A stretch of DNA of 64,000 nt from Longimicrobiales bacterium (GCA_035465395.1 DATHRK010000015.1:7916-71915); one strand, 5' to 3'; positions 19,502 to 29,370 are shown, counted from the first letter of the stretch. The notes: a model not told the origin generated them from the sequence alone. Numbers and translations are program-made.

Positions 19502-20553
19502 CGAACCGCTGGCTCCAGAAGGCGAACGGTCGCGCTCTCGGTGTCGATCTCGGCCTCCACGCCCAGGGGCAGCGTCCACTTGAGCGGAATGTGACCGACC
19601 ATCCCGCCGGCCCAGACCGGAATGCCCAGGCCGCCGAGGTGATGCTGCAGCACTTCGGGGAGGGTCAGGGACCCGTAGGTCGAATCCGGGTCGCAGTCGG
19701 TGCACTTGCCGAAGACGACCCCGGCTACGGATTCCAGCACGCCGGCCAGCGATAGCTGCGTGAGTAGCCGGTCGATCCGGTAGATCGCCTCGCCGATGTC
19801 CTCCAGGAAGAGGATCGACCCGGTCCAGTCCGGCACGTAGGGGGAGCCGAGCAGCGACGCGAGCACGGTCAGGTTGCCCCCCAGCAGGCGTCCGCGCGCC
19901 CGGCCGGCGGTGATGACCCGCGGGCGATGCTGTGTCGGCACGAGGTCCGAGCCGCGCTCGCGCGGGTTGCTCAGCGTCGGCGCAGTCCCCTCGAAGACGA
20001 TCGCACGCAGGGCCCCGACCGAGAAATCGTTCCACTCAGAGGTGCCCACCGGGCCGTGGAACGTCACGAGTCCCGTGCGCGCCTGGAAGGCCAGCAGCAG
20101 CGTGGTGATGTCGCTGTAGCCCATGAACACCTTGGGGTGCTCGGCGACCGCGTCGAAATCGATCAGGTGCAGCAGGCGGGCGGCCCCCCAGCCGCCGCGC
20201 ACCGCGATGATTCCGTCGATGGTCGGGTCGGCGAACATCTCGTTGATGTCGGACGCGCGCGCCTCGTCGGTGCCAGCCAGGTAGCCGTGCCGATCGAGCA
20301 GGTGCCAGCCCCGGACCGGCACGAGGTCCAGCGCGGCCAGGCGGTCCTCGACGACCTCGATGTCCTGCTTGTCGAAGGTCGCGCCGGCCGGGTTGACCAG
20401 CGCCACGCGCGAGCCGGGCCGCAGACGCGGCGGCTTGACCGCCGGGGGCTTTCGTCCCGCCGCGGCCGTCTGTCCCGCCGCGCCAGCCGGCAGGCCGAGA
20501 CCGGCTCCCGCGACGCCCGCCGCCGCCTTTTCCAGAAACGCCCGACGTCTCAC
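19498..20553 (-). CDS. S66-family LD-carboxypeptidase with a twin-arginine signal
   Basis: Nucleophile context FMGYSDITTLLLAF. The GTG start (GTGA overlap, 20550-20553) gives VRRRAFLEKAAAGVAGAG, a Tat-like N-terminus. Confidence 0.75.
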   Translation of the reverse strand: MRRRAFLEKAAAGVAGAGLGLPAGAAGQTAAAGRKPPAVKPPRLRPGSRVALVNPAGATFDKQDIEVVEDRLAALDLVPVRGWHLLDRHGYLAGTDEARASDINEMFADPTIDGIIAVRGGWGAARLLHLIDFDAVAEHPKVFMGYSDITTLLLAFQARTGLVTFHGPVGTSEWNDFSVGALRAIVFEGTAPTLSNPRERGSDLVPTQHRPRVITAGRARGRLLGGNLTVLASLLGSPYVPDWTGSILFLEDIGEAIYRIDRLLTQLSLAGVLESVAGVVFGKCTDCDPDSTYGSLTLPEVLQHHLGGLGIPVWAGGMVGHIPLKWTLPLGVEAEIDTESATVRLLEPAVR

Positions 20554-21770
20554 CCTGCCACCTCCTCCGTGCTGATCTTCACCCCGCCCTCGAGCGTCCG
20601 GTGCACGGGGCACCGGTCCGCGATCTCCAGCAGGCGCTCGCGCTGCGTGGCGTCGAGGTCGGGTCCCTCGATACGAATCTCGCGGCGCATGGCCTCGATG
20701 CACGACCCCGGGTCCTCACACGCCCCGCCGTGCTCCGCGTGCACGCGACCGTGCGTGACTTTCACGAGCACCTCCTCGAGCGGCCACTCCTTGCGATCGG
20801 CGTACATGCGAAGCGTCATCCCCGTGCACGCGCCGAGAGCGGCCGCCAGAAGGTCATACGGCGTCGGGCCCTCGTCGGTGCCCCCGACCGCGACCGGCTC
20901 GTCGGCCACGAGCGTGTGGGGGCCCGCGACGAGATCGGTGCGATAGCCCACCTCGGGCGTGCGCGACACCACTCCCGAGCCCGCGGGCGGCGGCGCTTCA
21001 TCCTGCGGTGGCGCGACGTAGCGGCCCGCCCAGGCCGCGAGGACCTCCGCGACGTAGCGTGCATCCGCCGGGTCGCCGAGCAGGTGGTCGGCGTCGTCGA
21101 GGGACACGAAGCTCTTGGGATGGCGAGCCGCCTCGTAGATCCTGGCGGCGTTGTCGATGCCGACGACCTCGTCCACGGGGGAGTGCATGACCAGGAGAGC
21201 GCGGCGCAGATCGCCGATCGCCCTGCGCATGACATCGGGCTGGAGGTCGTCGAGGAACTCGCGGCGGATGCGGAAGGCGCGGCCGGCGATCCGGACCGTC
21301 GCTACGCCGAGCCTCTCGATTTCCTCGCGGCTGCTCTCCACCAGCCTGAGCACGTGAGCCGGATCCGCCGGCGCCGCGATCGTGGCGACGGCGACCACCG
21401 AAGGCAGCCGGTGCGCCGCCTGCAGGACCGCGGCGCCGCCGAGCGAGTGGCCGATCAGGATGCTGGGGGCGGCCGCCACCGTATCCAGGTGCTCGGCGGC
21501 GAGCACGAGGTCCTCGACGTTGCTGCTGAACGTCGTCTCGGCGAAGTCGCCTTCGCTCTGGCCCAGGCCCGTGAAGTCGAAACGGAGCACCGCGATCCGC
21601 CGCCGGACGAGCGTGCGGGAGATGGCGACGACCGCCTTCAGATCCTTCGAGCAGGTGAAGCAATGCGCGAAGACCGCGCAGGCGTCCGCACGGCCGTCGG
21701 CCGGCGTGTCGAGAATCGCGGCGAGGTCGGCGCCCGCCGAGCCGGGGAACGTGAGGCGTCTCGTGGTCAT
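20550..21770 (-). CDS. Bifunctional alpha/beta hydrolase / OsmC-family protein
   Basis: N-terminal hydrolase with the GHSLGG nucleophile elbow. C-terminal OsmC/Ohr-like region (GPTPYDLLAAALGACTGMTLRMYA, RCPVHRTL). Confidence 0.8.
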   Translation of the reverse strand: MTTRRLTFPGSAGADLAAILDTPADGRADACAVFAHCFTCSKDLKAVVAISRTLVRRRIAVLRFDFTGLGQSEGDFAETTFSSNVEDLVLAAEHLDTVAAAPSILIGHSLGGAAVLQAAHRLPSVVAVATIAAPADPAHVLRLVESSREEIERLGVATVRIAGRAFRIRREFLDDLQPDVMRRAIGDLRRALLVMHSPVDEVVGIDNAARIYEAARHPKSFVSLDDADHLLGDPADARYVAEVLAAWAGRYVAPPQDEAPPPAGSGVVSRTPEVGYRTDLVAGPHTLVADEPVAVGGTDEGPTPYDLLAAALGACTGMTLRMYADRKEWPLEEVLVKVTHGRVHAEHGGACEDPGSCIEAMRREIRIEGPDLDATQRERLLEIADRCPVHRTLEGGVKISTEEVAG

Positions 21771-22007
21771 CGCGTCGTCTCCGGGCGGCCGGCGCTCCTG
21801 CTGGCGGCCGCCTCATCTGCGCGACCGGGCGTCGGGCGCGAGGGGCGCGGGTTCGATGCGCGGATCATCCGCGCGCGGCCGTCGGCGCACAAGGGCGACG
21901 TCGCTGGCACGGAAGTTCCTCCTCCGGTGTCGCGCTCCGGTCCGACGGACCGCCGCGCGCATGCGCTCAGCGGCGCGCTGGCCACGACCTCCAGCCTCGG
22001 GGTGGCG

Positions 22008-23522
22008 ATGCTGTCGCGAGTCGCGCTGCTCAAGTGGTGGGAAGACATCCGCTCCAGCTACTGGTTCATCCCCACGCTCATGGCGGTCGGGGCGATCGCG
22101 CTGTCCATCGGGGCGGTGTTCGTCGACAGCCGGATCGGCGCGGACTGGCTGGAGGCGGTCCCGTGGCTCTACGAGAACCGGCCCGCCGGCGCGCGCGACC
22201 TGTTGTCGACCATCGCGGGCTCCATGATCACGGTGGCCGGCGTCACGTTCTCGATCACCATCGCGGCGGTGGCCTACGCCGCCTCCCAGTTCGGCCCGCG
22301 CCTGCTCACCAACTTCATGGGCGATCGCGGCAACCAGGTCACCCTCGGCGTCTTCATCGCCACCTTCCTCTACTGTCTTCTGGTGTTGCGGACGATCCGC
22401 GACGGCTCCGAGGTGGCGGCCGGCACGCCGCTGGACGCCACGGAGGCGGCGGCCCACACGGCGTTCGTGCCGCACTCGGCCATTCTGGTGGCCCTGGCGC
22501 TCGCCGTCCTCAGCGTGGGCGTGCTGATCTACTTCATCCACCACGTGCCCCAGAGCATCCACGTCTCGAACGTCATCGCCGCGGTCGGCCGTGACCTGAT
22601 CGAGGGGATCGACCGGGCCTTTCCGGAGGCCGATGCCTCGCGCGAGGAAGGGTCGACGGCGTCCGGGCCGGGTCCGCGCGAAGCCGCCGACCGCGACACG
22701 GCGGAAGGTAACGAGGCCGACCCGGTGTACACGGACGATGCCGATCCGGCGTACACGTACGAGGCCGATCCCGCGCCGGCCGACGCGGTTCTCATCGACG
22801 CGCGCCGCACGGGCTACGTCCAGCGGATCGACGATGACGGGCCCGCGGAGATCGCCGAGGAGCACGACCTGGTCGTGCGGCTCGTCGTGCGGCCGGGCGA
22901 CTTCGTGCGCGCGGGTCAGCCGCTCGTCTACGCGTGGCCGGCGGACGGCGTCACCGAGGACACGGCCGATCGTCTCCGGGGCGCCTTCGCGTTCGGCGAC
23001 CGCCGTACCCATGCACAGGACATCGTCTTCCTGGTGAACGAGCTCGCGGAGATCTCCTCGCGGGCCCTTTCCCAGGGGGTCAACGACCCGTTCACCGCGA
23101 GCGCGTGTGTGGACTGGCTGGGTGCGGCGGGGGTGCGGCTGGCGGAGCGCCCGACTCCGGAACTGCGCCGCCTCGGCCCGTCGGGCCAGGTGCGCCTGTT
23201 CTTGCGGCCGCTGACGTTCCGGGACTTCCTCGCCGAGGGGTTCGGCCGCATCCGCCCCTACGCCGCGTCGGACGTGAACGCGTGTCTGCACCAGCTGGCA
23301 TCGCTCGCCGGCATGGCGGCCCAGGTGCCGGAGGGGGACTGCCGGCTCGCGGTGCTGGAGGAAGCGCGCGCTCTCGCCGCCGACGCCCACCGACGCCTGG
23401 AGGGGGCGGGCGACCGGCGACGCGTGGCGGCGCGCCTGCGCGCCCTCGAGGACCTGATCGAGGGGAGGGCGACCGTGGCCGCACTGGCGTGGCGGCACCG
23501 CTGGTTCCTGGGGCGTGCGTAG
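22008..23522 (+). CDS. DUF2254-family membrane protein
   Basis: Begins MLSRVALLKWWEDIRSSYWFIPTLMAVGAIAL, then ITVAGVTFSITIAAVAYAASQFGPRLLTNFMGD. The upstream part of track ORF 20601.. is antisense shadow. Confidence 0.7.
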   Translation: MLSRVALLKWWEDIRSSYWFIPTLMAVGAIALSIGAVFVDSRIGADWLEAVPWLYENRPAGARDLLSTIAGSMITVAGVTFSITIAAVAYAASQFGPRLLTNFMGDRGNQVTLGVFIATFLYCLLVLRTIRDGSEVAAGTPLDATEAAAHTAFVPHSAILVALALAVLSVGVLIYFIHHVPQSIHVSNVIAAVGRDLIEGIDRAFPEADASREEGSTASGPGPREAADRDTAEGNEADPVYTDDADPAYTYEADPAPADAVLIDARRTGYVQRIDDDGPAEIAEEHDLVVRLVVRPGDFVRAGQPLVYAWPADGVTEDTADRLRGAFAFGDRRTHAQDIVFLVNELAEISSRALSQGVNDPFTASACVDWLGAAGVRLAERPTPELRRLGPSGQVRLFLRPLTFRDFLAEGFGRIRPYAASDVNACLHQLASLAGMAAQVPEGDCRLAVLEEARALAADAHRRLEGAGDRRRVAARLRALEDLIEGRATVAALAWRHRWFLGRA

Positions 23523-23642
23523 TGCGGTGACGCAAGGGTTTCGATGGCACTCGGCGCGCGCTGCATTCCGCGGATGCTCGCCCCGCGGGCGCTTGATGCG
23601 CCTCGGTGCGCGCGGGTCTTCTGCGCAACTACGCCAAAAGTC

Positions 23643-24167
23643 TCAGTCGAACATCCGGTTGACGAGCCAACCCGCCAGCAAGGCTCCGGCGATGGTGGCC
23701 AACGGATTCCGCTCGACGCGGCCGGCGAGGCCGTCCAGGCCCCGGTCCCGCAGGGGCCGGCCCAGCACCCCCCCGACGCGCGTCTCCACGGCCTCCACGT
23801 GGTCGGCGAGATCGAGCGCCACCCTCCGCGGCCCGGCCTGGGCCGGCCCGCCGGCACCCCAGCGCCGCATCAGGCCCGCCAGCCCGGTACCGTCGAGCTC
23901 GCCCGTTCCGCCGGCGTCCGGGGCGTGGTCGGCGTCGAGGCCCTCGGTCGCAGTGGGCCCCGGCGCGGCGTGGCCCGAGCCGCTCCCCGTGGGCCCCGCG
24001 TGGTAAGGGTCGACGTACGGATCGACGAACGCGTCGGCGGACTTCCACGGATCCGGGCCGGGGTCGACCTCGGGCCCGACTTGCGGCGGCGGCTCCTCGG
24101 TCCCGTCGGGGTCGGCGGGGGCGGGCTCCGGCGGCTTCTGGTCGAATTCAGGAAAGGCTTCGGGCAT
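23643..24167 (-). CDS. Pro/Asp-rich hypothetical protein with a C-terminal membrane anchor (DUF883/ElaB-like tail)
   Basis: ATG at 24167, strongly G/C-biased third positions, C-terminus NPLATIAGALLAGWLVNRMFD. Confidence 0.5.
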   Translation of the reverse strand: MPEAFPEFDQKPPEPAPADPDGTEEPPPQVGPEVDPGPDPWKSADAFVDPYVDPYHAGPTGSGSGHAAPGPTATEGLDADHAPDAGGTGELDGTGLAGLMRRWGAGGPAQAGPRRVALDLADHVEAVETRVGGVLGRPLRDRGLDGLAGRVERNPLATIAGALLAGWLVNRMFD

Positions 24168-24243
24168 GTCGAACTCCAGGCGGTCGATGCGGTACTTCTA
24201 GGATGATCGCGCTCCGTCCCCCGCGCCAGACTCCGGCGGCGCG

Positions 24244-24546
24244 GTGATGCTGCCGGTCGAGGACGCCCACGGGCGCACCCGCTTTCGTGTGCGGGTCGTG
24301 CCGCGCGCGTCGCGGACCGAAGTGGCCGGCGAGTACGCTGGCGCGCTTCGCGTTCGGCTGGCGGCCCCCCCGGTAGACGGCAAGGCGAATGCCGCGCTGA
24401 TTCGATTCCTGTCCTCGGCGCTTTCGGTCCCTCGAGCGGAGATCCGGATCGTGAGGGGCGAGTCGTCCCGGTCCAAGACCGTCGAGGTGGACGCGCCGCC
24501 CGCCGACGTGCGCCGGGCGCTCGAAACGCTCGTCGGGCGTGGTTGA
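24244..24546 (+). CDS. DUF167 (YggU) family protein
   Basis: VVPRASRTEVAG...LRVRLAAPPVDGKANAALIRFLS..L.VPRAEIRIVRGESSRSKTVEV. Confidence 0.8.
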   Translation: MMLPVEDAHGRTRFRVRVVPRASRTEVAGEYAGALRVRLAAPPVDGKANAALIRFLSSALSVPRAEIRIVRGESSRSKTVEVDAPPADVRRALETLVGRG

Positions 24547-25516
24547 GGTCGGCGCGGGCGCCATCCGCAGGTCCCTCCTCGTCTTCGTGGACGGAGTCGG
24601 CATCGGCGCGGAAGACGCCGCCCGCAACCCCTTCCTGACTGCGTCCATGCCGACCCTCGATCGGCTCCTCGGGGGGCGGCCGCATGAGGGAACGCCTTCG
24701 CTCGGGAGCGCGGAGGGCGCGGCGGCCTGCGTGCCGCTCGACGCGTGCCTGGGGGTGGAGGGCCTGCCCCAGAGCGGCACGGGCCAGGCGGCCCTGCTCA
24801 CCGGCACGAACGCGCCCCGGGCGTTCGGTCGCCACTTCGGGCCCTGGACGCCGGTGGCGCTGCGGCCGGTCGTGGCCGCGGGCAACCTGCTGACGGTGGC
24901 GCGGGCCGACGGCCGCACCGTGGCGTTCGCCAACGCCTATCCCGAAGAGCTCGTGGCGGCCGCCGACGATCCCCGTCCGCCGGCGCCGTTGCGGGCCGCC
25001 ACGGTGATCGCCGCGCGCGGCGCCGGGGCTCTGGTCCGCGGCACTCCGGAGCTCGCGCGCGGGAGCGCCGTCGCCAGCGAGATCACCAACGGCGGCTGGC
25101 GCGAGCATCTGAGGCGCACCGAGGTCCCCGAGATCGACGCGGCGGCCGCCGGAGCGAACCTGGCCGCGATCGCCGGCGCGCACGACCTGACACTGTTCGC
25201 GCACTACTCGACCGACACCGCGGGTCACACCGGCGACGCCGACAGGGCCATCGCCGCGCTGGAGCGACTGGACGCCTTCCTGGACGGCCTGGTCCGGGGC
25301 TCACCGGCGGACCTGCGGATCGTCGTCGCCAGCGACCACGGCAACATCGAGGACCTGAGCGCCGGGCACACGCGTCATCCGGCGCTGGGGTTGGTGCTGG
25401 GGCCCGGAGCGGCGGCCTTCGCCGGCGGCCTCCGGTCGATCCTGGACGTAGCGCCGGCGATGCTGGCGGAGCTCGGAGTGCGCCCGCCGGGGCCGCGGGA
25501 CGCCGGGCCGGGCTAG
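24539..25516 (+). CDS. Alkaline-phosphatase-superfamily metalloenzyme (cofactor-independent phosphomutase-like)
   Basis: LLVFVDGVGIG, GLPQSGTGQAALLTG, TDTAGHTGD and VVASDHGN. The GTG start overlaps the DUF167 3' end. Confidence 0.65.
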   Translation: MVEVGAGAIRRSLLVFVDGVGIGAEDAARNPFLTASMPTLDRLLGGRPHEGTPSLGSAEGAAACVPLDACLGVEGLPQSGTGQAALLTGTNAPRAFGRHFGPWTPVALRPVVAAGNLLTVARADGRTVAFANAYPEELVAAADDPRPPAPLRAATVIAARGAGALVRGTPELARGSAVASEITNGGWREHLRRTEVPEIDAAAAGANLAAIAGAHDLTLFAHYSTDTAGHTGDADRAIAALERLDAFLDGLVRGSPADLRIVVASDHGNIEDLSAGHTRHPALGLVLGPGAAAFAGGLRSILDVAPAMLAELGVRPPGPRDAGPG

Positions 25517-26271
25517 ATCTCGCGCAGCAGGATCGATATCCCCAGGAAGGCGACGAACAGCGCGGCGTAGCCGGCGGCGTAGCCGAACGAGGCCCAGGGA
25601 ATCGGGGCAACGCCGGCGAACGCGTTCTCGAGTTGGTAGAGCGCGCCCTGCGGGGGGAGCACGAAGGTCAAGAAGCTGCGGACCCCGCGCGGCACGGTGT
25701 CGGCGGCCCCGCTGCGCAGCGCCGAGTGCCACACGTGCGCTCCGCCCGCCAGGAGCGCCCCGATCGCGAGAGCCGCGTCGGCTCGGAGCCACGCCGAAAG
25801 GAAAGCCGCGAGGGCGCCGTAAACCAGCACGGCGGCCCCCGCCAGCACGAAGGTCGCCGCGCCGGCCCAGGTGCCCAGCACCAGGAGGTCGAAGAGGGGC
25901 AGGACGATCGCGGCGGCGGCGAACGCGATGGTCAGGCAGAGCGCCCAGCGCACGGCATAGACGGCCGCCGGCGAGCGCGACCGCGCGTGGGCCATCCTCG
26001 CCCACCCTCCTCCTCCGCCCCAGCCCACGACGGATCCGAGCACGAGCGCGGCGAAGATGGGAAACCGCCCCACGCTCCAGCCCATCAGCAGGACGGCCGA
26101 CACCAGCGGGTAGCCCCCGCGCCGGAAAAGCTCGTCCAGGCCTGGGTCGGCGCCGCCCCCCGCGATCGACGCCGTCGCGGCGGCGCCCCCCAGGAAGAGC
26201 AGCCCCACCGCCCCGACGAGCAGCAACCGGCTCCGGAGCTCGGCCAGCGACAGCCGCACGAGCCCGTTCAC
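25513..26271 (-). CDS. ABC-2-type transporter permease-like membrane protein
   Basis: Six predicted TM helices. The GTG start overlaps the ATPase stop (GTGA, 26268-26271). The rest of the 1019-aa track ORF is antisense shadow. Confidence 0.65.
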   Translation of the reverse strand: MNGLVRLSLAELRSRLLLVGAVGLLFLGGAAATASIAGGGADPGLDELFRRGGYPLVSAVLLMGWSVGRFPIFAALVLGSVVGWGGGGGWARMAHARSRSPAAVYAVRWALCLTIAFAAAAIVLPLFDLLVLGTWAGAATFVLAGAAVLVYGALAAFLSAWLRADAALAIGALLAGGAHVWHSALRSGAADTVPRGVRSFLTFVLPPQGALYQLENAFAGVAPIPWASFGYAAGYAALFVAFLGISILLREI

Positions 26272-27248
26272 GTTCCGCCTCCGGCGGCCGCCAAGGCGGC
26301 GCGGATCCGCTCCTCCAGAGCGGTGCGCGCCGGCGCCACCTCCACGACGCACGCGCCCGCGTCGAGCAGGCTGCGCAGCCGGTCCTGGAGCTCGGCGGCG
26401 TCGCGCGCCGGGACGGTGGCCTCGCGGACCGGCGTCTCGGGGTCGGCCTCGGCGGGGTGGGGCGTCGCGGTGGACTCCTCCGGGGCCGCGGCGCCACGGG
26501 CCAGCGCCCCCAGCGCGGCGTGCGGCGACGCGAGCGCGATCCGGTACGCGGTTGGCGCGCGCGCGCCGTCGGTCGCGTCGAACGCGTCGGCGAGGTGGCC
26601 CTCGGCGAGCACCGCCACCGCGTCGGCGGCAGCTCCTGCCAGCGCCGTGTCGTGCGTCGAGAGGAGGACCGTCGCACCGGCCGTGCCGAGCTCCCGGACC
26701 CAGGCCACGAGCTTCGTCCTGCCGTCGGCATCGAGGCCCTGATCGGGCTCGTCCAGCACCACGAGGGCGGGGTCGCCCAGCGCCGCCTGCGCCAGCGCGA
26801 AGCGCTGCAGCTCGCCGCGGGACAGCCCCCCGAGACGACGCTCCCGGACGTCCTCCAGGCCGAACCGGTCCACGACACGCTCGCTTTCGGCATCGACGGC
26901 GCCCTTGGCCCGGCGGTCCAGTCTGGCGAGGTCCCGTAGCGCGGGCGCCACCCGCCACGTGCCCGGCGGGACGACGCGCTCGGGCACGTACCCGGCGGCA
27001 CGTGAGCGCAGCCAGCGCGCGGGCGGGTCGCCATCCAATGCCACCGAGCCCGAGGAGGGCCGCAGGAAGCCGAGGCAGAGGGACAGAAGCGTCGTCTTCC
27101 CGGCACCGTTTGCGCCCATGACGGCAGTGACGCCGGGCCGGGCGCGCAGCGAGACGTCGCGCAGCGCGCCGCCGTCGAGGCGCCTGCCGGACCCGTAGCG
27201 CTTGTGCAGCGCGCGGGTCTCCACCGTGGGTCCTGGGCTGGGGGCCAT
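26268..27248 (-). CDS. ABC transporter ATP-binding protein
   Basis: Walker A GANGAGKTT, signature LSRGELQR, Walker B LVVLDEPDQGLD, plus a C-terminal extension. Confidence 0.9.
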   Translation of the reverse strand: MAPSPGPTVETRALHKRYGSGRRLDGGALRDVSLRARPGVTAVMGANGAGKTTLLSLCLGFLRPSSGSVALDGDPPARWLRSRAAGYVPERVVPPGTWRVAPALRDLARLDRRAKGAVDAESERVVDRFGLEDVRERRLGGLSRGELQRFALAQAALGDPALVVLDEPDQGLDADGRTKLVAWVRELGTAGATVLLSTHDTALAGAAADAVAVLAEGHLADAFDATDGARAPTAYRIALASPHAALGALARGAAAPEESTATPHPAEADPETPVREATVPARDAAELQDRLRSLLDAGACVVEVAPARTALEERIRAALAAAGGGT

Positions 27249-27313
27249 GCGGCATTCTAACGCGTCGCCCCGCCAGGCATGGAGCCGCCCCGCTTTCGCC
27301 GGCAGCCTGCGGC

Positions 27314-29008
27314 GTGACCGAGCCCGACGATCGAGCCCGCAGGACCAGCGCCCCGCGCGTTCTGGGACAGCTACTGCGGGCGGCCGAGGCGATCACGGAG
27401 GCGGAGCTCCAGGCGGCGCTGAACGAGCAGCGTTGGACCCGGGAGCGGCTGGGGGTCGTCCTGATCCGTAACGGCACCGAGCCGGAGGTGGTCGCGCGGG
27501 GCCTGGCCGAGCAACTCCGCGTGCCGTTCGTCGCCGGCCCGCTTGCGCAGGATGGCGAGGCCGCGTCGCTGCTCGATCCCGCGTCCGCGGAGCGCGCCCG
27601 GATGCTCCCCCTCAGGATCGAGGGGGGCGCGATCCTGGCGGCCGTGGACGACCCCCTGGACGCCGGCGCGCTGGACGAGCTGCGATTCAGGACGGGGCGG
27701 CGGGTGGAGCCGGTGGTGGTCACTCCGCAGGCGCTGGACGACGCCTTCGCCGCGCTGGCGGGCGTACCCGCGTCTTCGGGCAATGCCGGCGGCGAGGCAC
27801 GGCCGACGACCGCCGATGCCTCGCCCCCCACGAGTGCCGCGGTGGCCGACGCCGGGGTCGTCGCGCTGGTGGAGAGGATCCTGGCCGCCTCGAGCCAGGT
27901 CGGAGCTTCGGACATCCACGTGGAGCCCCGCCCCGAAGGGCTCGGCGTCCGCGCTCGCGTGGACGGCGAGCTCCGCCGGGTGTTCGAGCTGCCCGGGGAC
28001 GCGGCCCCGGCCGTAGTATCGCGCCTCAAGATCATGGCCGGGCTGGACATCTCGGTGAGGCGGATGCCGCAGGACGGGCGGGCGAGCGTGCGACTCGAGG
28101 GCCGGCCGCTCGACCTGCGCGTATCGACGCTGCCCTCCGTCCACGGCGAGAAGGTCGTGCTGCGCATGCTCGATCCCGAGCACGCGGGCATGGGCATGGA
28201 CGAGCTGGGGTTGCCGCCGGGGCTGCGGATCCGGTTGGACAGGCTCCTGCTGCGGGCGCACGGGGCGCTGCTGGTCACCGGCCCAACCGGCAGCGGCAAG
28301 ACGACCACGCTGTACGCGGTGCTGGGGTCGGTCGACCGGGAGCATCGCAATGTGGTGACGTTGGAGGACCCCATCGAGTATCGGCTTCCCGGACTCACCC
28401 AAGTCCAGGTCCAGGTCCGCGCGGGGTTCACGTTCGCCGCGGCGCTGCGCGCGGTGCTGCGCCAGGATCCCGACGTGGTCATGGTCGGCGAGATGCGCGA
28501 CCCGGAAACGGCGGAAGTGGGCATGGCCGCCGCGCTGACTGGGCACCTGGTGCTGTCCACCCTGCACACCAACGACGCCGCGTCCGCGGTGTCGCGCCTG
28601 ATCGAGATGGGCGTGCCGCCCTACATGATCGCCGCCGGCCTGTCGGGGGTCCTGGCCCAGCGGCTCGTCAGGCGCCTGTGCCGCGGGTGCCGACGACCCG
28701 TCCCGGCCGACCCGGCGGAGCTGGCATCGCTCGGCCTGCCGGAGGACGGCCTCGCGGTCCACGAGGCCGGCGGCTGCGCGGGCTGCGGCGGACGCGGTTA
28801 TCGAGGGCGCACCGGGATCTTCGAGCTGCTGGAGATCGACGCGGGGGTGCGCGAGGCGATCTTGCGGCGCGAGGGTCCGGATCGGATCCGCGGCGCGGCG
28901 GCCGACGCGGGAGCGGCGGGCTTACCCCAACACGCGGCGGCCAGGCTGGCGGCTGGCGAGACATCCCTCGCGGAGGTCGCGCCGTTCCTGGCGCTGCTGG
29001 CGTCGTGA
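27314..29008 (+). CDS. GspE/PilB-family secretion ATPase
   Basis: N-terminal T2SSE_N-like repeats, Walker A GPTGSGKTTTL, Asp/His boxes, and a tetracysteine CRGC...CAGC motif. GTG start. Confidence 0.85.
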   Translation: MTEPDDRARRTSAPRVLGQLLRAAEAITEAELQAALNEQRWTRERLGVVLIRNGTEPEVVARGLAEQLRVPFVAGPLAQDGEAASLLDPASAERARMLPLRIEGGAILAAVDDPLDAGALDELRFRTGRRVEPVVVTPQALDDAFAALAGVPASSGNAGGEARPTTADASPPTSAAVADAGVVALVERILAASSQVGASDIHVEPRPEGLGVRARVDGELRRVFELPGDAAPAVVSRLKIMAGLDISVRRMPQDGRASVRLEGRPLDLRVSTLPSVHGEKVVLRMLDPEHAGMGMDELGLPPGLRIRLDRLLLRAHGALLVTGPTGSGKTTTLYAVLGSVDREHRNVVTLEDPIEYRLPGLTQVQVQVRAGFTFAAALRAVLRQDPDVVMVGEMRDPETAEVGMAAALTGHLVLSTLHTNDAASAVSRLIEMGVPPYMIAAGLSGVLAQRLVRRLCRGCRRPVPADPAELASLGLPEDGLAVHEAGGCAGCGGRGYRGRTGIFELLEIDAGVREAILRREGPDRIRGAAADAGAAGLPQHAAARLAAGETSLAEVAPFLALLAS

Positions 29009-29058
29009 GGGTCCGCCGGCGCGCGGTGGCGCCGCGCGCCAATCGCCGGTCCGGGTGC

Positions 29059-29370
29059 CTAGCGGGTGGCGGCCGGGGCCGCGCCCGGCACGAGGCCGAC
29101 CCGCAGGCCCAGCGCGCCGGCGGCGAAGCCGATGGCCAGTACCAGAAGGCAGGCCGCGGCGCCGATTCGCTGCGCCCGGGACAACCTCCGGCCACGCGTC
29201 ACTGGGACGGGGCTCTGCACCGGGGCGGTCCACCGCAATCCCCCCGATTCCTGCAGCAGCAGGGTCGGATCCGCGCCGCAGACGTGGCACAGCCGGCTGC
29301 CACCGGAGTTGACGGCCCAGCAGTGCGGGCACACGAGCAGGTCGCCCGGATGGGTCACGCGTCGCTCCAC
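29059..29370 (-). CDS. Zinc-ribbon membrane protein
   Basis: CPHC...CHVC ribbon followed by one TM helix (IGAAACLLVLAIGFAAGALGL). Start is GTG at 29370, or GTG at 29358 (GTGA overlap with the upstream stop). Confidence 0.5.
   Translation of the reverse strand: MERRVTHPGDLLVCPHCWAVNSGGSRLCHVCGADPTLLLQESGGLRWTAPVQSPVPVTRGRRLSRAQRIGAAACLLVLAIGFAAGALGLRVGLVPGAAPAATR

Noticed and set aside
20601-22007. N-terminal 469 codons of the 973-aa plus-strand ORF
   Set aside because: This part is antisense to the hydrolase-OsmC gene. The DUF2254 homology begins only at the ATG at 22008.
23544-23564. TGGCAC...GC sigma-54-like match
   Set aside because: It lies between two convergent genes, so there is nothing for it to drive. 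The -12 region is GCGC in a GC-rich context, so a chance match is likely.
26272-28572. Upstream 767 codons of the 1019-aa minus-strand ORF 25513..28572
   Set aside because: Only the last 252 codons look like a real membrane protein, with a GTG start coupled to the ABC ATPase stop. The rest is antisense to gspE and out of frame over the ABC ATPase gene, and is low-complexity.
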